A stretch of DNA of 64,000 bases from Spirochaetaceae bacterium (GCA_051531975.1 JAOPTT010000006.1:622977-686976); one strand, 5' to 3'; positions 1 through 9,929 are shown, counted from the stretch's first letter. The notes: generated from the sequence alone by a model not told the origin. Numbers and translations are program-made.

Positions 1-1331
1 ATTTTAATATTTATTTTTTGATATTGCTCATTAATTCTATTATTAAGTATTACACTATCTTTATTAGCTAATTTTTTTATTTGATTCAATTTTTTATCTA
101 TTAGTACTGTAATTCTTTCTTTATATAATCCAACTTTTTCTGACAATAAATTATAATCTAATAAATTATATTCTAGTTCATTGAGAAATATACCATTTTT
201 ACATGACCATTCTTTATCTTTAGACCAATTATTGAAGAAATAATCTAAATCTGAGCTTATTTTTAATACTTCATTATTTATCTTAAATAGTCTTTTTCTT
301 TCTCTTCTTTTGTTTTCATCAATTTGGAATAGCTCATTTTCAATTTGATAAATACCATTACTATTTATATCTATTATATTTTGATATAATTCTAACCTTA
401 ATATATCTTTCTGGTTTGCATTTAAATCATCTGAAGTAAATAGACGTAGTATTTTCCCTTCTTTATCTCCAAATCTAAATAAATATTTTGAATAATCTTC
501 CTTGAACCATTTATCTAACATAGGATAACTTGAAGTATGGAAAATTGATAAATAATCATCACCTCTCCTATCAATATGAATATTATTAATTCTTGAGTAG
601 TCATTTTTTATATCAACAAAAGAATATTCTTCGAGTATTGGTCTATTGTAGTGTGTTTTAGCTAACACACCTAGAAAGTTACTTGTAATAAACGATTCTA
701 TTTCAGCATAAAGTTTGTAATTTAATCTCTCTATTTTATCTCTTTTAATATTTTCACCTGGAATTGTACGAAGTTTCCGTTTGAATAAACTTATATTTTT
801 ATTTTTGGGTGTTATTATTTCAACTTCATTATTTATTAAAGGAGCAGAATATTGAAATATTAGATATTTAAAATAATCAGAAGGGATAAAAGTAAAATAT
901 AAAAATATTTTTGAGTTGTCTAGAACTTCTAACTTTAAAGATACTGAATCTAAGTAGTCTGTAGTTTCTTTTAAAAGCAATTCAAATCCATATAGTGTAA
1001 AAAATGTTCTTCCTGAGTTATTTTGAATTTTATATATAATATTTTCTATTTCATCATCATAATCACGATATAAGTCTGTACCAATATTATTTGTTATTAA
1101 TTCTGATAATACTTCTAACATCTCCTTAAATTTATTTATATCTATTAGATTATATACTTCTAGAGTTGTAAAACATTTTGGTGATATAGATTGGTTTATT
1201 TTTTTATTATTTAAACTCGTCTCAGAAATTACATTATTTCTAATTCTATTTATCCATTTTAAATAATGAATATGACTATTTAAAAAATTATTTTTAGAGA
1301 GTGTAAGCATTACTTTTTCAGGTATTGTCAT
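1..1331 (-). CDS. Hypothetical protein, runs off the window's left edge
   Basis: ATG at 1331 preceded by GGAGA; frame open to position 1 (MTIPEKVMLTLSKNNF...). Absent from the ORF track because it has no stop. Confidence 0.7.
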   Translation of the reverse strand, partial: MTIPEKVMLTLSKNNFLNSHIHYLKWINRIRNNVISETSLNNKKINQSISPKCFTTLEVYNLIDINKFKEMLEVLSELITNNIGTDLYRDYDDEIENIIYKIQNNSGRTFFTLYGFELLLKETTDYLDSVSLKLEVLDNSKIFLYFTFIPSDYFKYLIFQYSAPLINNEVEIITPKNKNISLFKRKLRTIPGENIKRDKIERLNYKLYAEIESFITSNFLGVLAKTHYNRPILEEYSFVDIKNDYSRINNIHIDRRGDDYLSIFHTSSYPMLDKWFKEDYSKYLFRFGDKEGKILRLFTSDDLNANQKDILRLELYQNIIDINSNGIYQIENELFQIDENKRRERKRLFKINNEVLKISSDLDYFFNNWSKDKEWSCKNGIFLNELEYNLLDYNLLSEKVGLYKERITVLIDKKLNQIKKLANKDSVILNNRINEQYQKINIK

Positions 1332-1648
1332 TAAATAACTTTCTCCTAAATAATAAAGTTTAAAATATAATAATTTAATTTTGAACTATAGTATATATTT
1401 ACTGATATTCTATTAATCACTTTCATGTTATATATATAACATAAGATTTCATAACCCTTCTGATAAGTATAGATTCATTATCCTTAATTTTCGACTAATC
1501 AGCTCCATTATATCCAAGGCATCTAATTCTATTAACTCACGACAAATACCGATTGTACATATACCAAAAGTTATATTTTTGGCTATTTATTGGCTAAAAA
1601 CAGTCTTAATTCAAAAAAAGAAGAGTAATTACTCCCTTCTTTAATATT

Positions 1649-1843
1649 TTAATCCTCCTCTGGTAACATAACCGTTATCACAGGTACAGCAGCAGTATCT
1701 TCTGGACCAATAATAGATTTTATCTTAACTGTCTTTGATCCAACTTTACCTGTAAAAACACATTGAGATACAGTGTCACTTTTAAGTATCTTACTTGTAT
1801 AATGAAGTTGTATTAAGATATCCCAAATCCTCCTGAAACTACT
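1649..1843 (-). pseudogene. Truncated duplicate of the C-terminal half of the DUF6573-like gene
   Basis: Translates SSFRRIWDILIQLH...GSKTVKIKSIIGPEDTAAVPVITVMLPEED*, matching the C-terminus of 3509..3898. No start codon. Confidence 0.85.
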
Positions 1844-1912
1844 TTTAATTTTTTAACCAACCTTATAATCAGGGAGTAAATATATCCAGATGAAATCTAC
1901 TATTTTCAATAT

Positions 1913-3328
1913 TTACTTCGTGTTTAGTTTATGCAAAACCTCTTTCTCCATATCTAGAATTGGTAATTCAAGGTAGGATATTTTATTTGTATTGTAGTTA
2001 TAGTAAGCTTGATAAAAACTAAATTCTTTTCTATTATCTGCCAAACATTTCTTTTTTATTACTTCAATCATCTTCAATTTATCTTCTTTTAATGTTTTAA
2101 TTCCAAATATTATACCGTCTAATTGATTAAAGTCATATCTATGTAATCGGTCACTATTAACATTACTATTCCAATAGTCATTTATAACTAATCTATATTC
2201 GTCTTCATTGCTCCAATCAGGATCTTTTCTTGTTGATATTTCTTTTAGTAATTGCTTAAATCTTTCACTCCAAAGATCTTTGTCATTTTGATATTCTTCT
2301 AAGTATTCATGTTTCTTTCCTTTATCATTTGTGTACCAGATCTCCGATGATAATTCTGGAGTAAGTAGTTTAAACGAAAATTTAAAGAAATCAATTTCCT
2401 TTAGTCCAATTTCATAATTAATTTTGTGGAGTTCCATATCCATAAAGTCAGATATTTTTACATTTCTTTCTTGATGGTGATTCACCGATAAAAAAAGTCT
2501 ATCGTCTATTTTTTTAGGTTTAAATTTTAGACAAACACCTTTGTGTGATTCACCATAATATCCCCATAAAGATGGACTATCACACTTATTCATAAAACAG
2601 GAAATATTAAAATCAGGAGTAGAATATTTTTCTAATGCGTCAATATATTGTGAAGGGAAATCCAATTTCAAAAAAACTAATTCTTTATTATATTTATGGT
2701 TATTTATAGAATGAAAATTATTTTGATATTCGTAAATTTGATTTATCATTGAATACATATATTTTCTATTATGATGGTTCAAAAGATTATTTTTTTCATA
2801 TTCTAAAGATTTTGTTATTTCTTCCAAATTAAACCTTTCTACAAGACGATCAAAACCCAAAGACTCTTTAAGTATAGATTCTTCAGGGAATTCTACATCA
2901 ATTATTGCCTTACACACTATTGGGTGAAATAATCTAAAGTAAGATATTAATTCATCTCTTCTAATTCTGTTATTTTGAGTAGATAAAAATTCTAAAAGTT
3001 TACAGGTTATAGGATTTTTAAAAAAATTATTCTCAATTATTTTTAATAGATTTAAAGGTCTATGCTTATGTCTGTTTTGTGATGTTGGAATACAAATTTC
3101 GAACAATTCTGTACGATTCAAATCAAGTAGATAAGAAGTTAGTTTTTCTTCAAGAATTGTAATATAGTTTTTTAGTAAATTTTCCCATAAGAATATATCT
3201 CCATTCCAAATAAAATCAATATATCCTTCCATTGGATCATTTTGATCAATAGTAGATGCAAAATATATTTCAGACTTTTCCAATTCTCCTCTATCTAGTA
3301 AGTTTTTAATACTTCTAAATCTATACAC
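1913..3328 (-). CDS. DUF2971-domain protein (candidate defence cargo)
   Basis: Motifs NDPMEG, LWGYYGESHKGVCL and KDPDWSNEDEYR are typical of DUF2971. Confidence 0.75.
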   Translation of the reverse strand: MYRFRSIKNLLDRGELEKSEIYFASTIDQNDPMEGYIDFIWNGDIFLWENLLKNYITILEEKLTSYLLDLNRTELFEICIPTSQNRHKHRPLNLLKIIENNFFKNPITCKLLEFLSTQNNRIRRDELISYFRLFHPIVCKAIIDVEFPEESILKESLGFDRLVERFNLEEITKSLEYEKNNLLNHHNRKYMYSMINQIYEYQNNFHSINNHKYNKELVFLKLDFPSQYIDALEKYSTPDFNISCFMNKCDSPSLWGYYGESHKGVCLKFKPKKIDDRLFLSVNHHQERNVKISDFMDMELHKINYEIGLKEIDFFKFSFKLLTPELSSEIWYTNDKGKKHEYLEEYQNDKDLWSERFKQLLKEISTRKDPDWSNEDEYRLVINDYWNSNVNSDRLHRYDFNQLDGIIFGIKTLKEDKLKMIEVIKKKCLADNRKEFSFYQAYYNYNTNKISYLELPILDMEKEVLHKLNTK

Positions 3329-3508
3329 TATAAACCTCTATAAACCGAATTATACTGAATGATATAAAAGATAATTCAGTATAATTGTTAGATTATGTAA
3401 AAGATACTTAAAGGTCAAACAGTTTTATATTTATAAGTAGAACACTAAAGTAAGCATTGAAATTTATTTTAATTATATAAAAAAGAGAGCCACACCTCTC
3501 TCTTCCCT

Positions 3509-3898
3509 CTAATCCTCTTCAGGTAACATAACCGTTATCACAGGTTCAGCAGTATCTCCTGGTCCTATTAAAGATTTAATCTTAACTGTCTTTGATCCAT
3601 CTTTAGTAGCAAACACTACATTTACAAATACAGTATTACCATTAGCACCTTTACTAGCTAAATGTAAATGCATCAATACATCCCAGATCCTCCCGGAACT
3701 ACTCTGTCCCATCCTTTTACTATATTCATCTGGTTCTATCCAATTAGCGTATAAAGTATGAGTTACAGCAACAGGAACTTTAAAACCTGCTTCTTTTGCC
3801 ATAACAGATATATCTAATAAAAATCCATCAGCTATAGCCATCTCTCTTGTATATACAGATATAGGTTCTCCAAATATTTCTCTCATTGATTCACTCAT
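3509..3898 (-). CDS. DUF6573-like mobile-element protein
   Basis: YTREMAIADG...AKEAGFKVPVAVT...GRIWDVL...PVITVMLPEED pattern. Confidence 0.65.
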   Translation of the reverse strand: MSESMREIFGEPISVYTREMAIADGFLLDISVMAKEAGFKVPVAVTHTLYANWIEPDEYSKRMGQSSSGRIWDVLMHLHLASKGANGNTVFVNVVFATKDGSKTVKIKSLIGPGDTAEPVITVMLPEED

Positions 3899-3976
3899 TT
3901 TTTTATCCTTATTTAGGTAAAATAGTTAATTACCCCTGAGATTTCTCCCAAGGATATATAATTATTCTTTTGTTAT

Positions 3977-4144
3977 TTAGTCACTATCTTTTACAAGTTC
4001 TAAACGCTTTATCTCAGTCTCTACTTTACTTGCTAAAGTGTATGTTCTAGACTCTAATTTTTCTTGATGACTCCAATATGTCGTATTAGGTATCTGATTT
4101 AGAACTTCTAAACAATCCCGAAGTATTTCAATTGTTTCTTTCAT
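3977..4144 (-). CDS. Small hypothetical protein
   Basis: ATG at 4144 after GAGGGG RBS, in operon; the ORF-track start at 4195 is less likely. Confidence 0.55.
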   Translation of the reverse strand: MKETIEILRDCLEVLNQIPNTTYWSHQEKLESRTYTLASKVETEIKRLELVKDSD

Positions 4145-4154
4145 AAAACACCCC

Positions 4155-4373
4155 TCATTCTGTATGTCTCGAAGAAATTCCATCATCAAGGACATCCATA
4201 GCTTTCTGAATAGAGTCCTTTAGGTTTCTACTCTCTATAGCTATGTCATGAACTACATCTATAATCTTCACTTTCTCCAGCCACTTTACATATTGAGGTA
4301 AGTTCTTTTTAGTTATATCCAGATCAGTCTCAGCCTTAAACAGCATACGAAGTTTATCTTTTCCTATATCCAT
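4155..4373 (-). CDS. Small hypothetical protein
   Basis: Directly follows ardC in the same operon; ATG at 4373 after GGGGGA. Confidence 0.6.
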   Translation of the reverse strand: MDIGKDKLRMLFKAETDLDITKKNLPQYVKWLEKVKIIDVVHDIAIESRNLKDSIQKAMDVLDDGISSRHTE

Positions 4374-4384
4374 AACATCCCCCA

Positions 4385-5272
4385 CTACGAAGCAGTCTTA
4401 GCAACTTCTTCTTTAATAACAGAATGATCAATTACATACTTATAAGCTTTCTCTGCTTTTGATGTAGCCGAAGTAAACAACCTGCTATTCTCTTTTATCT
4501 TTTTCAACCAGTACCCAATGTAAGCTGAGTTATTATCAACAACATCTTTAATGATCCCAGCATCATAAGACAGATAAGCACTTCCAATCTCAGCAATTAA
4601 CTCTTCAACAGATCTAAACTCAATGTTGTCCTCTATAGTTAACCTATCGAGCCTAGAACTATGACCAGTAGAATGGATCAACTCATGAAACCACGTAGAA
4701 TAGAACTCTTCCACAGTCTCAAATTGACCTTTTGGAGGTAGTTTAATTAGGTCAGCCTTGGGATAGTAAAGGGGGTTATAGGAGACACCTGTCGAAACAT
4801 CAGGCATTTCACTATAGTTTCTAAGGATTTCCTCAGCTCTTTCAAGTGGAACAAACTCTCTCTGTTCTAACTCTAAAGAGTTTAATATTATTTGCTCTTT
4901 AGTAGTCAGCTTAATATCTTCACACTGATCCAAATGAAAGACCGTATAGTACCGTAGAATAAAGTAAGGCTTTTTATCCTCATCTTCTTCATTATCAATT
5001 CTCTTGAAGAATACTACTGGGAATCCTTTCTCACCTTTCTTGATATATCCACCTCTAGCATCAGCTTGCTTGTAGGTTAGAAAATATGGAGAAGTATCAT
5101 ATTGCATCGCAAGGCAACTCAAGAGTATCTGGTTAATACCACTGTAAACCCTACCACTAGATAAGCTCATAGGTGGAAGTCCTTGTTGAGACTTCCACAG
5201 TTTCTGCCAAGGAATAACACCTTCTTTAAGTTTATCTGTAATAATTTTATTCACCATGTCATACACACTCAT
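4385..5272 (-). CDS. ardC: ArdC-family antirestriction / ssDNA-binding zincin protein
   Basis: N-terminal GVIPWQK..Y.GIN..LTYKQA..GG.IKKGEKG; C-terminal HELIH zincin motif and EELIAEIGSA. Confidence 0.9.
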   Translation of the reverse strand: MSVYDMVNKIITDKLKEGVIPWQKLWKSQQGLPPMSLSSGRVYSGINQILLSCLAMQYDTSPYFLTYKQADARGGYIKKGEKGFPVVFFKRIDNEEDEDKKPYFILRYYTVFHLDQCEDIKLTTKEQIILNSLELEQREFVPLERAEEILRNYSEMPDVSTGVSYNPLYYPKADLIKLPPKGQFETVEEFYSTWFHELIHSTGHSSRLDRLTIEDNIEFRSVEELIAEIGSAYLSYDAGIIKDVVDNNSAYIGYWLKKIKENSRLFTSATSKAEKAYKYVIDHSVIKEEVAKTAS

Positions 5273-6173
5273 TTTTCAGACCTCCATCCATTAACTTTTG
5301 TGCATACTCTTTTAGGTAAGATCCATCGGGCAGGATTTCACTAACAGCTAAAAGCCTCTCTTTAAATGGGAAGAAATTACTCATCTCAACATCAATATCA
5401 GCACCCCAGTCATCAAGCTTTTTTTGGATAAGTAATGCATCAATCTGGAGATAATTTTTACCATCTTCAGATTTAGAACCACCTTTTCCCCTACCCGGAA
5501 CCTTGAAGTCATCCTTAACTTTATTGACTACTTCAACCTTCTTATCAGACTTCCCGGAACCTTGTTTCTCCTTATCCAGTAAAGACTTATACGCACCATT
5601 AATAGTCAACATTCCTGCTCTAATAGACTCCTTAGTCTTATCAGATCCTCTGTTTATTACAGTGATGTATTTCTGGGCAGTACCAATAGAGACTGATAAT
5701 ATTTCAGCTAACTCGTTCTTTTTTCTACCACTCTTTTTTACACCGTGACCAACGTTGTTCACATAGGTTTCTGAAAACTGGAATCTATCTGCATCTGTTA
5801 GATTTCTTCTCTTGAACTGAAGCCCGTATGCATATCGAAGAGCAGAATCAACATCTTCAAAATTTTCATAGATTACAACGACATCTTTTATACCTGCTTT
5901 CTTAGCAGCTTCACATCGAGTATGTCCATCTATTAACATGTTTGTTTCTGTCCAGATAATTACTGGTTGAGAAACATCAAATCCATTTACTTTCATGTCC
6001 TCTGTAATTGATTTAAGTGTCTCTGGATTAATTGGGAACAGATCTACAAATGGCGTACCCTTTTTGATATCCTTTAATTTTATTGTCTCGTAACCATTAC
6101 TTTTAATTTTGAGTGGCTTCTTAACTTTTGAAGACGGTTTTATCCTGTCTTTTAATTTAGTTATAGCATTCAC
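5259..6173 (-). CDS. ParB/Srx N-terminal domain protein with HTH
   Basis: LIDGHTRCEAA ParB box, RRNLT motif, downstream HTH. Confidence 0.85.
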   Translation of the reverse strand: MNAITKLKDRIKPSSKVKKPLKIKSNGYETIKLKDIKKGTPFVDLFPINPETLKSITEDMKVNGFDVSQPVIIWTETNMLIDGHTRCEAAKKAGIKDVVVIYENFEDVDSALRYAYGLQFKRRNLTDADRFQFSETYVNNVGHGVKKSGRKKNELAEILSVSIGTAQKYITVINRGSDKTKESIRAGMLTINGAYKSLLDKEKQGSGKSDKKVEVVNKVKDDFKVPGRGKGGSKSEDGKNYLQIDALLIQKKLDDWGADIDVEMSNFFPFKERLLAVSEILPDGSYLKEYAQKLMDGGLKNECV

Positions 6174-6245
6174 AATAATGCCCCCTGTTTGAGATATTTA
6201 ATTTTTGTGCTTTGATTTATTGTTGGGTAGAACTACCCGGAACTG

Positions 6246-7166
6246 TTAAACGACTTTAACTTCAATGCTGGCAAGTGTACCTAAGACATGTTCATTCATC
6301 TCAATAACCTTGTTGCCAGTTGTATCATTAACTATCTGATCAATAATCCATTGGAAGTGAGTATTACTAAAAAGATCCTTACTCTTTTTCATTAACTTTT
6401 GAAGTTCATGATGGGCATCACTCTCTATAGGAAATAGAGGTTTTGTAGAATCATGAACAACGTTGTTCACAGGTCTTTGTAACTTTGGTTCCTGGATATC
6501 TTCTACACCCTCAGATAACCAGTCCTTCATAGCTTTACCAAAATCTTCTCCAGGCTTCTCTATAATAGCGTCTTGAAACTTCCCTGTTCTATCTTTAATT
6601 ACTTCACCAATATGATCCGTAGATAATTGCATAAGAAGGTCAAACTCATACTCAATACCTTTACCCTGGGACGGTGCAAGACTGACTCGAACAGGTTTTG
6701 TTTTTCCATTTTGAACCTCTGTTGTCCACTCAGTCTTGCAGCGCATAGTTGAGATGATGTGTCCATCAAAGTTGAGAATTGCATTAACTAAAGCTTTCTG
6801 TTTTGGTGTACCTTCACTCCATGCACTCCAAGTGTTACCTCGATATTTTGCTCTAGCTATACGATCTACTTCCTCTAGTAGTTCTTGCCAACCGTGAGAT
6901 AAGGAATCTATAATTAAGTTGTCATAGTTCCGGGCCTCCCTTATTAGCTTGATATAGTTCTCTATTGATGGTTTAGGTAACTCACATACATCAAAACTGA
7001 ACCTGTCAGCATACTTACTGGCTGATCCCTTCTCACTATCAATAACAGCTATTGAACCACCCATACCCGTAGCTATTCGTAATGCTGTAAATGTCTTACC
7101 ACCACCTGATGGACCAAACAGTGCTAACCTTAATTTGCTTTGTTTCTTAGATGCTCTTTTAAACAT
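6246..7166 (-). CDS. AAA_24 P-loop ATPase (Sak4-like phage recombination ATPase)
   Basis: LRLALFGPSGGGKT Walker A, IDSE, LIIDSLSH Walker B, EYEFD. Confidence 0.8.
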   Translation of the reverse strand: MFKRASKKQSKLRLALFGPSGGGKTFTALRIATGMGGSIAVIDSEKGSASKYADRFSFDVCELPKPSIENYIKLIREARNYDNLIIDSLSHGWQELLEEVDRIARAKYRGNTWSAWSEGTPKQKALVNAILNFDGHIISTMRCKTEWTTEVQNGKTKPVRVSLAPSQGKGIEYEFDLLMQLSTDHIGEVIKDRTGKFQDAIIEKPGEDFGKAMKDWLSEGVEDIQEPKLQRPVNNVVHDSTKPLFPIESDAHHELQKLMKKSKDLFSNTHFQWIIDQIVNDTTGNKVIEMNEHVLGTLASIEVKVV

Positions 7167-7180
7167 ATTTGTCTCCCTTA

Positions 7181-7612
7181 TTATTTAGTTGATTCAATAC
7201 TTCTTTCCGAATTTTCTGTAAAACTGTAATAATTGTTTTTTGAAATTATGATGTGATCTATAACTTTAATTCCTATTAGCTCACCTGCATCAACTAGTCT
7301 TTGAGTTACTGCTTTGTCTTCTGGACTTGGATCTGTATTACCGCTTGGGTGATTGTGAACTAGTATTACGGATGCAGCATTATCTAAAATTGCTTGCTTG
7401 AAAACTTCTCTAGGGTGTATTAACGTTCTATTTAGGATTCCTATTGAAATTAATCTGACTCCTATAACTTGATGTGAACCATCTAAGGTTGCTACTATGA
7501 AATGTTCTTTCTCTAAACATCTATACCTTTTAAGACATGGTAATAAGTCTGTTGGATAGGAAATTTTAACTTCAAACTTCTCTGTTCTCTCACTAATAAT
7601 TTGATATTTCAT
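7181..7612 (-). CDS. radC: RadC-like JAB/JAMM domain protein, intact metal motif
   Basis: KEHF, HPREVF, HNHPSG..PSPED, DHIII. Confidence 0.9.
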   Translation of the reverse strand: MKYQIISERTEKFEVKISYPTDLLPCLKRYRCLEKEHFIVATLDGSHQVIGVRLISIGILNRTLIHPREVFKQAILDNAASVILVHNHPSGNTDPSPEDKAVTQRLVDAGELIGIKVIDHIIISKNNYYSFTENSERSIESTK

Positions 7613-7618
7613 TCAAAC

Positions 7619-7661
7619 ACTCCTCTGTTTATAAATAAAATAAGCAGGCAACGACCTGCTT
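7619..7661 (-). repeat. Hairpin + U-tract + RBS leader, copy upstream of radC paralogue 1
   Basis: AAGCAGG/CCTGCTT stem, then TATTTTATTTATAAAC and GAGGAG on the minus strand; homologous to 8141-8196 and 9100-9145. Confidence 0.7.
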
Positions 7662-7685
7662 TAACTTGTGATTTTTGTTCTTTAT

Positions 7686-8132
7686 TTAAATTGGCTTATA
7701 TGGCCATACTTCATCTTTGGATAGAGTAGCCAACTTGTTATCTGCAAAACTAAAATATCCATCATCTTCTACAATTAAATGATCTAAAACTTCTATCTCT
7801 AATTGACTACCCTTCATTACCATATCTTCAATAATTTGAATGTCTTCAGCTGTTGGTATAGTCATTTCTGGATTACGGCTTTGTGCTGTAACGATAGTTT
7901 TACTACTAGATTTTTGTGCAAGTTTAAATATTTTTTGTGTTAGTTCCGGGTAGAACTTTTTAAAATCAAGAATGTGTATTTTTATTAAATAACAAGAGGC
8001 ATCTAATAGTATGACAAAGATTTTATCTTTATGAAGATTGATACACTCAGTAACTAAATCAAAAACTTCCCGTGAATGACCAATTCTTAAATCTTCTTTA
8101 ATCCGGCGCTCCATTATTATTTGATATTTCAT
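7686..8132 (-). CDS. Degenerate RadC/JAB paralogue lacking HxH
   Basis: Same MKYQII start, FVILLD, PTAED, EVLDHLIV..YFSF; HNH replaced by QSR. Confidence 0.75.
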   Translation of the reverse strand: MKYQIIMERRIKEDLRIGHSREVFDLVTECINLHKDKIFVILLDASCYLIKIHILDFKKFYPELTQKIFKLAQKSSSKTIVTAQSRNPEMTIPTAEDIQIIEDMVMKGSQLEIEVLDHLIVEDDGYFSFADNKLATLSKDEVWPYKPI

Positions 8133-8140
8133 TTAACCTT

Positions 8141-8196
8141 CTCCTTCTGGTTATAAATAAAATAGGCAGACCGGATGGCCTGCCTATTTTATTTAT
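8141..8196 (-). repeat. Hairpin + U-tract + RBS leader, copy upstream of paralogue 2
   Basis: ATAAATAAAATAGGCAG/CTGCCTATTTTATTTAT inverted repeat, followed by AACCAGAAGGAG on the minus strand. Confidence 0.7.
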
Positions 8197-8210
8197 GCTT
8201 TTGTTCTTGT

Positions 8211-8657
8211 TTAAACTTCCCTGTATGACCAATCATCGTATTTAGCCATACCTGCAAGTTTGCTTTCTGCATAGCTAAAATATTTATCTTTTGATATGAA
8301 TAAATGATCTAAAACCTTAATATTTATTAAAACACCAGCTTTAACAAATGATTCAATAACTTCTATATTGCCACTATGAATATTCATACTTTTATACTTA
8401 CGACTATTGGCAGTTATGATATATTTACAGTTATCTAAAATTGCTAATCTGCATATTTTGGGTACTAGTTCCGGGTTATCTTTTTTTACGTCTAAGATGT
8501 GTAGCTTTTGGATAAAACAGTCTTTATCTAGGATCAAAACAAACAGATTCTTTTTCTCAGTATCTATAAAGCTCCTTATTACTTTTAAGACATCCTTAAC
8601 ATGATTGATCTGGATACTGGGATAACTCTCACTATCAATAATTACTGGGTAGTTCAT
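8211..8657 (-). CDS. Degenerate RadC/JAB paralogue lacking HxH and S-x2-D
   Basis: FVLILD, AILDN, AGVLINIKVLDHLFIS..YFSY. Confidence 0.75.
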   Translation of the reverse strand: MNYPVIIDSESYPSIQINHVKDVLKVIRSFIDTEKKNLFVLILDKDCFIQKLHILDVKKDNPELVPKICRLAILDNCKYIITANSRKYKSMNIHSGNIEVIESFVKAGVLINIKVLDHLFISKDKYFSYAESKLAGMAKYDDWSYREV

Positions 8658-8683
8658 TGTTACCCTCCTTACTAGATTTTAAT

Positions 8684-9094
8684 TTATTCTTCTTGTACAC
8701 CTTGATAGACTTCAGTGTACTTTCCATCTTCGTAATGCAAGATATTCCACAGCATCGTAGCTATGTTGCTACTAAGAATCTCTTGGATTGCTTTGTTATA
8801 ACCCAAATCCAGTCTCTGACTTTTGGGTTTAATGTTGTAAGCAACTGATATATAAGCTGCTTCATCAAGAATAGAAATTATTGATAAACGACTTAGTACA
8901 GACTCAAAACTTTTTAGACCTTTTATTGGGAATAAATGTAAGTTGTATAGTTGGAACTGATCATTCATTGTTGCTAAGAACAGCGTGTCTATTTCTCGGA
9001 TTATTAGACTGTTGATAATCTTATCGAAATAGTATGAGCTATATAATTTACTATCTATTTTTGGTTGTAGATGGTTTATGATTCTAAATCCCAT
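8684..9094 (-). CDS. Highly diverged RadC/JAB-like paralogue
   Basis: FLATMNDQFQL and ILDEAAYISVAYN align with FIVATLDGSHQV and ILDNAASVILVHN; same size and same leader element. Confidence 0.55.
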   Translation of the reverse strand: MGFRIINHLQPKIDSKLYSSYYFDKIINSLIIREIDTLFLATMNDQFQLYNLHLFPIKGLKSFESVLSRLSIISILDEAAYISVAYNIKPKSQRLDLGYNKAIQEILSSNIATMLWNILHYEDGKYTEVYQGVQEE

Positions 9095-9099
9095 AGATC

Positions 9100-9145
9100 C
9101 TCCTTCTAGGTTATAAATAGAAAGAGCAGGCGGTTAAGCCTGCTC
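9100..9145 (-). repeat. Hairpin + U-tract + RBS leader, copy upstream of paralogue 4
   Basis: GAGCAGGC/GCCTGCTC stem, then TTTCTATTTATAACCTAGAAGGAG on the minus strand. Confidence 0.7.
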
Positions 9146-9212
9146 AAGATACTCTTCCGGTCTTCTATCCGGTTAGGCCATACGGCCTCAATTTTCCTAC
9201 AGATTGAACTTA

Positions 9213-9302
9213 CTATCTGATAATAATTTTAATAATATCGATAATAATATCTGGTACTGAATTCCCTGAGTCATCTGGTTTTGAAATAATCCATCTTCTC
9301 AT
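9213..9302 (-). CDS. 29-aa Ile-rich small peptide (possible leader peptide)
   Basis: Strong AAGGAGG RBS; MRRWIISKPDDSGNSVPDIIIDIIKIIIR*. Confidence 0.4.
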   Translation of the reverse strand: MRRWIISKPDDSGNSVPDIIIDIIKIIIR

Positions 9303-9456
9303 TTAAGGTTCCTCCTTATTATGGGATCACCTAAATAATATATAAGATGAAGTGGGACTGATGCGATTTTAGAGTAGAGGTTTGTAACATAGATAATTAG
9401 CTGGATGTTATATCCCTACTATCTGTGAAGCCTATTGAGATATTTTTGGTGAAATA

Positions 9457-9822
9457 CTATTCTAAATAGCTATCCTGTCTTTTCATTAATACATACTGCT
9501 TTTGTATTGCGATCTTTTCATTTACAGTTAAGCGAGACCATTTCTCCTTGTATGTCTTAGGATTATTTATAATCTTATTTACGGCACTTCTTCCATACAT
9601 AGGAGATCTACCATTGAAAAAAGCAGGTATTCCAAAGTCAGGAAGTTGCCATTTTATCAACGAGCCTTGAGAGGCATAACCCCATTTAGAAGCTATCTTA
9701 CTTTTATTTAAAAACTCAGGTGCTATTGTGTATCTACGATGTTCTTCTAACTCATTTCTTATCTCTAGTTTTAGTTCGCTAAGAAACTTTTTTAAATAGT
9801 CTGGGATCTTGTCATTTTCCAT
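9457..9822 (-). CDS. Hypothetical protein, possible Xis/MerR-like HTH
   Basis: EFLNKSKIASKWG...LPDFG...PMYGRSAV resembles a winged HTH; GAGAGG RBS. Confidence 0.45.
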   Translation of the reverse strand: MENDKIPDYLKKFLSELKLEIRNELEEHRRYTIAPEFLNKSKIASKWGYASQGSLIKWQLPDFGIPAFFNGRSPMYGRSAVNKIINNPKTYKEKWSRLTVNEKIAIQKQYVLMKRQDSYLE

Positions 9823-9929
9823 ATGTACCTCTCGGATTCATTTATTATGATTGCTATTATATCGTATCAATAACCTCTTTCACTTATATATTATTTACCT
9901 GAATACATTGCGTATTAAGGAGAACAAAA

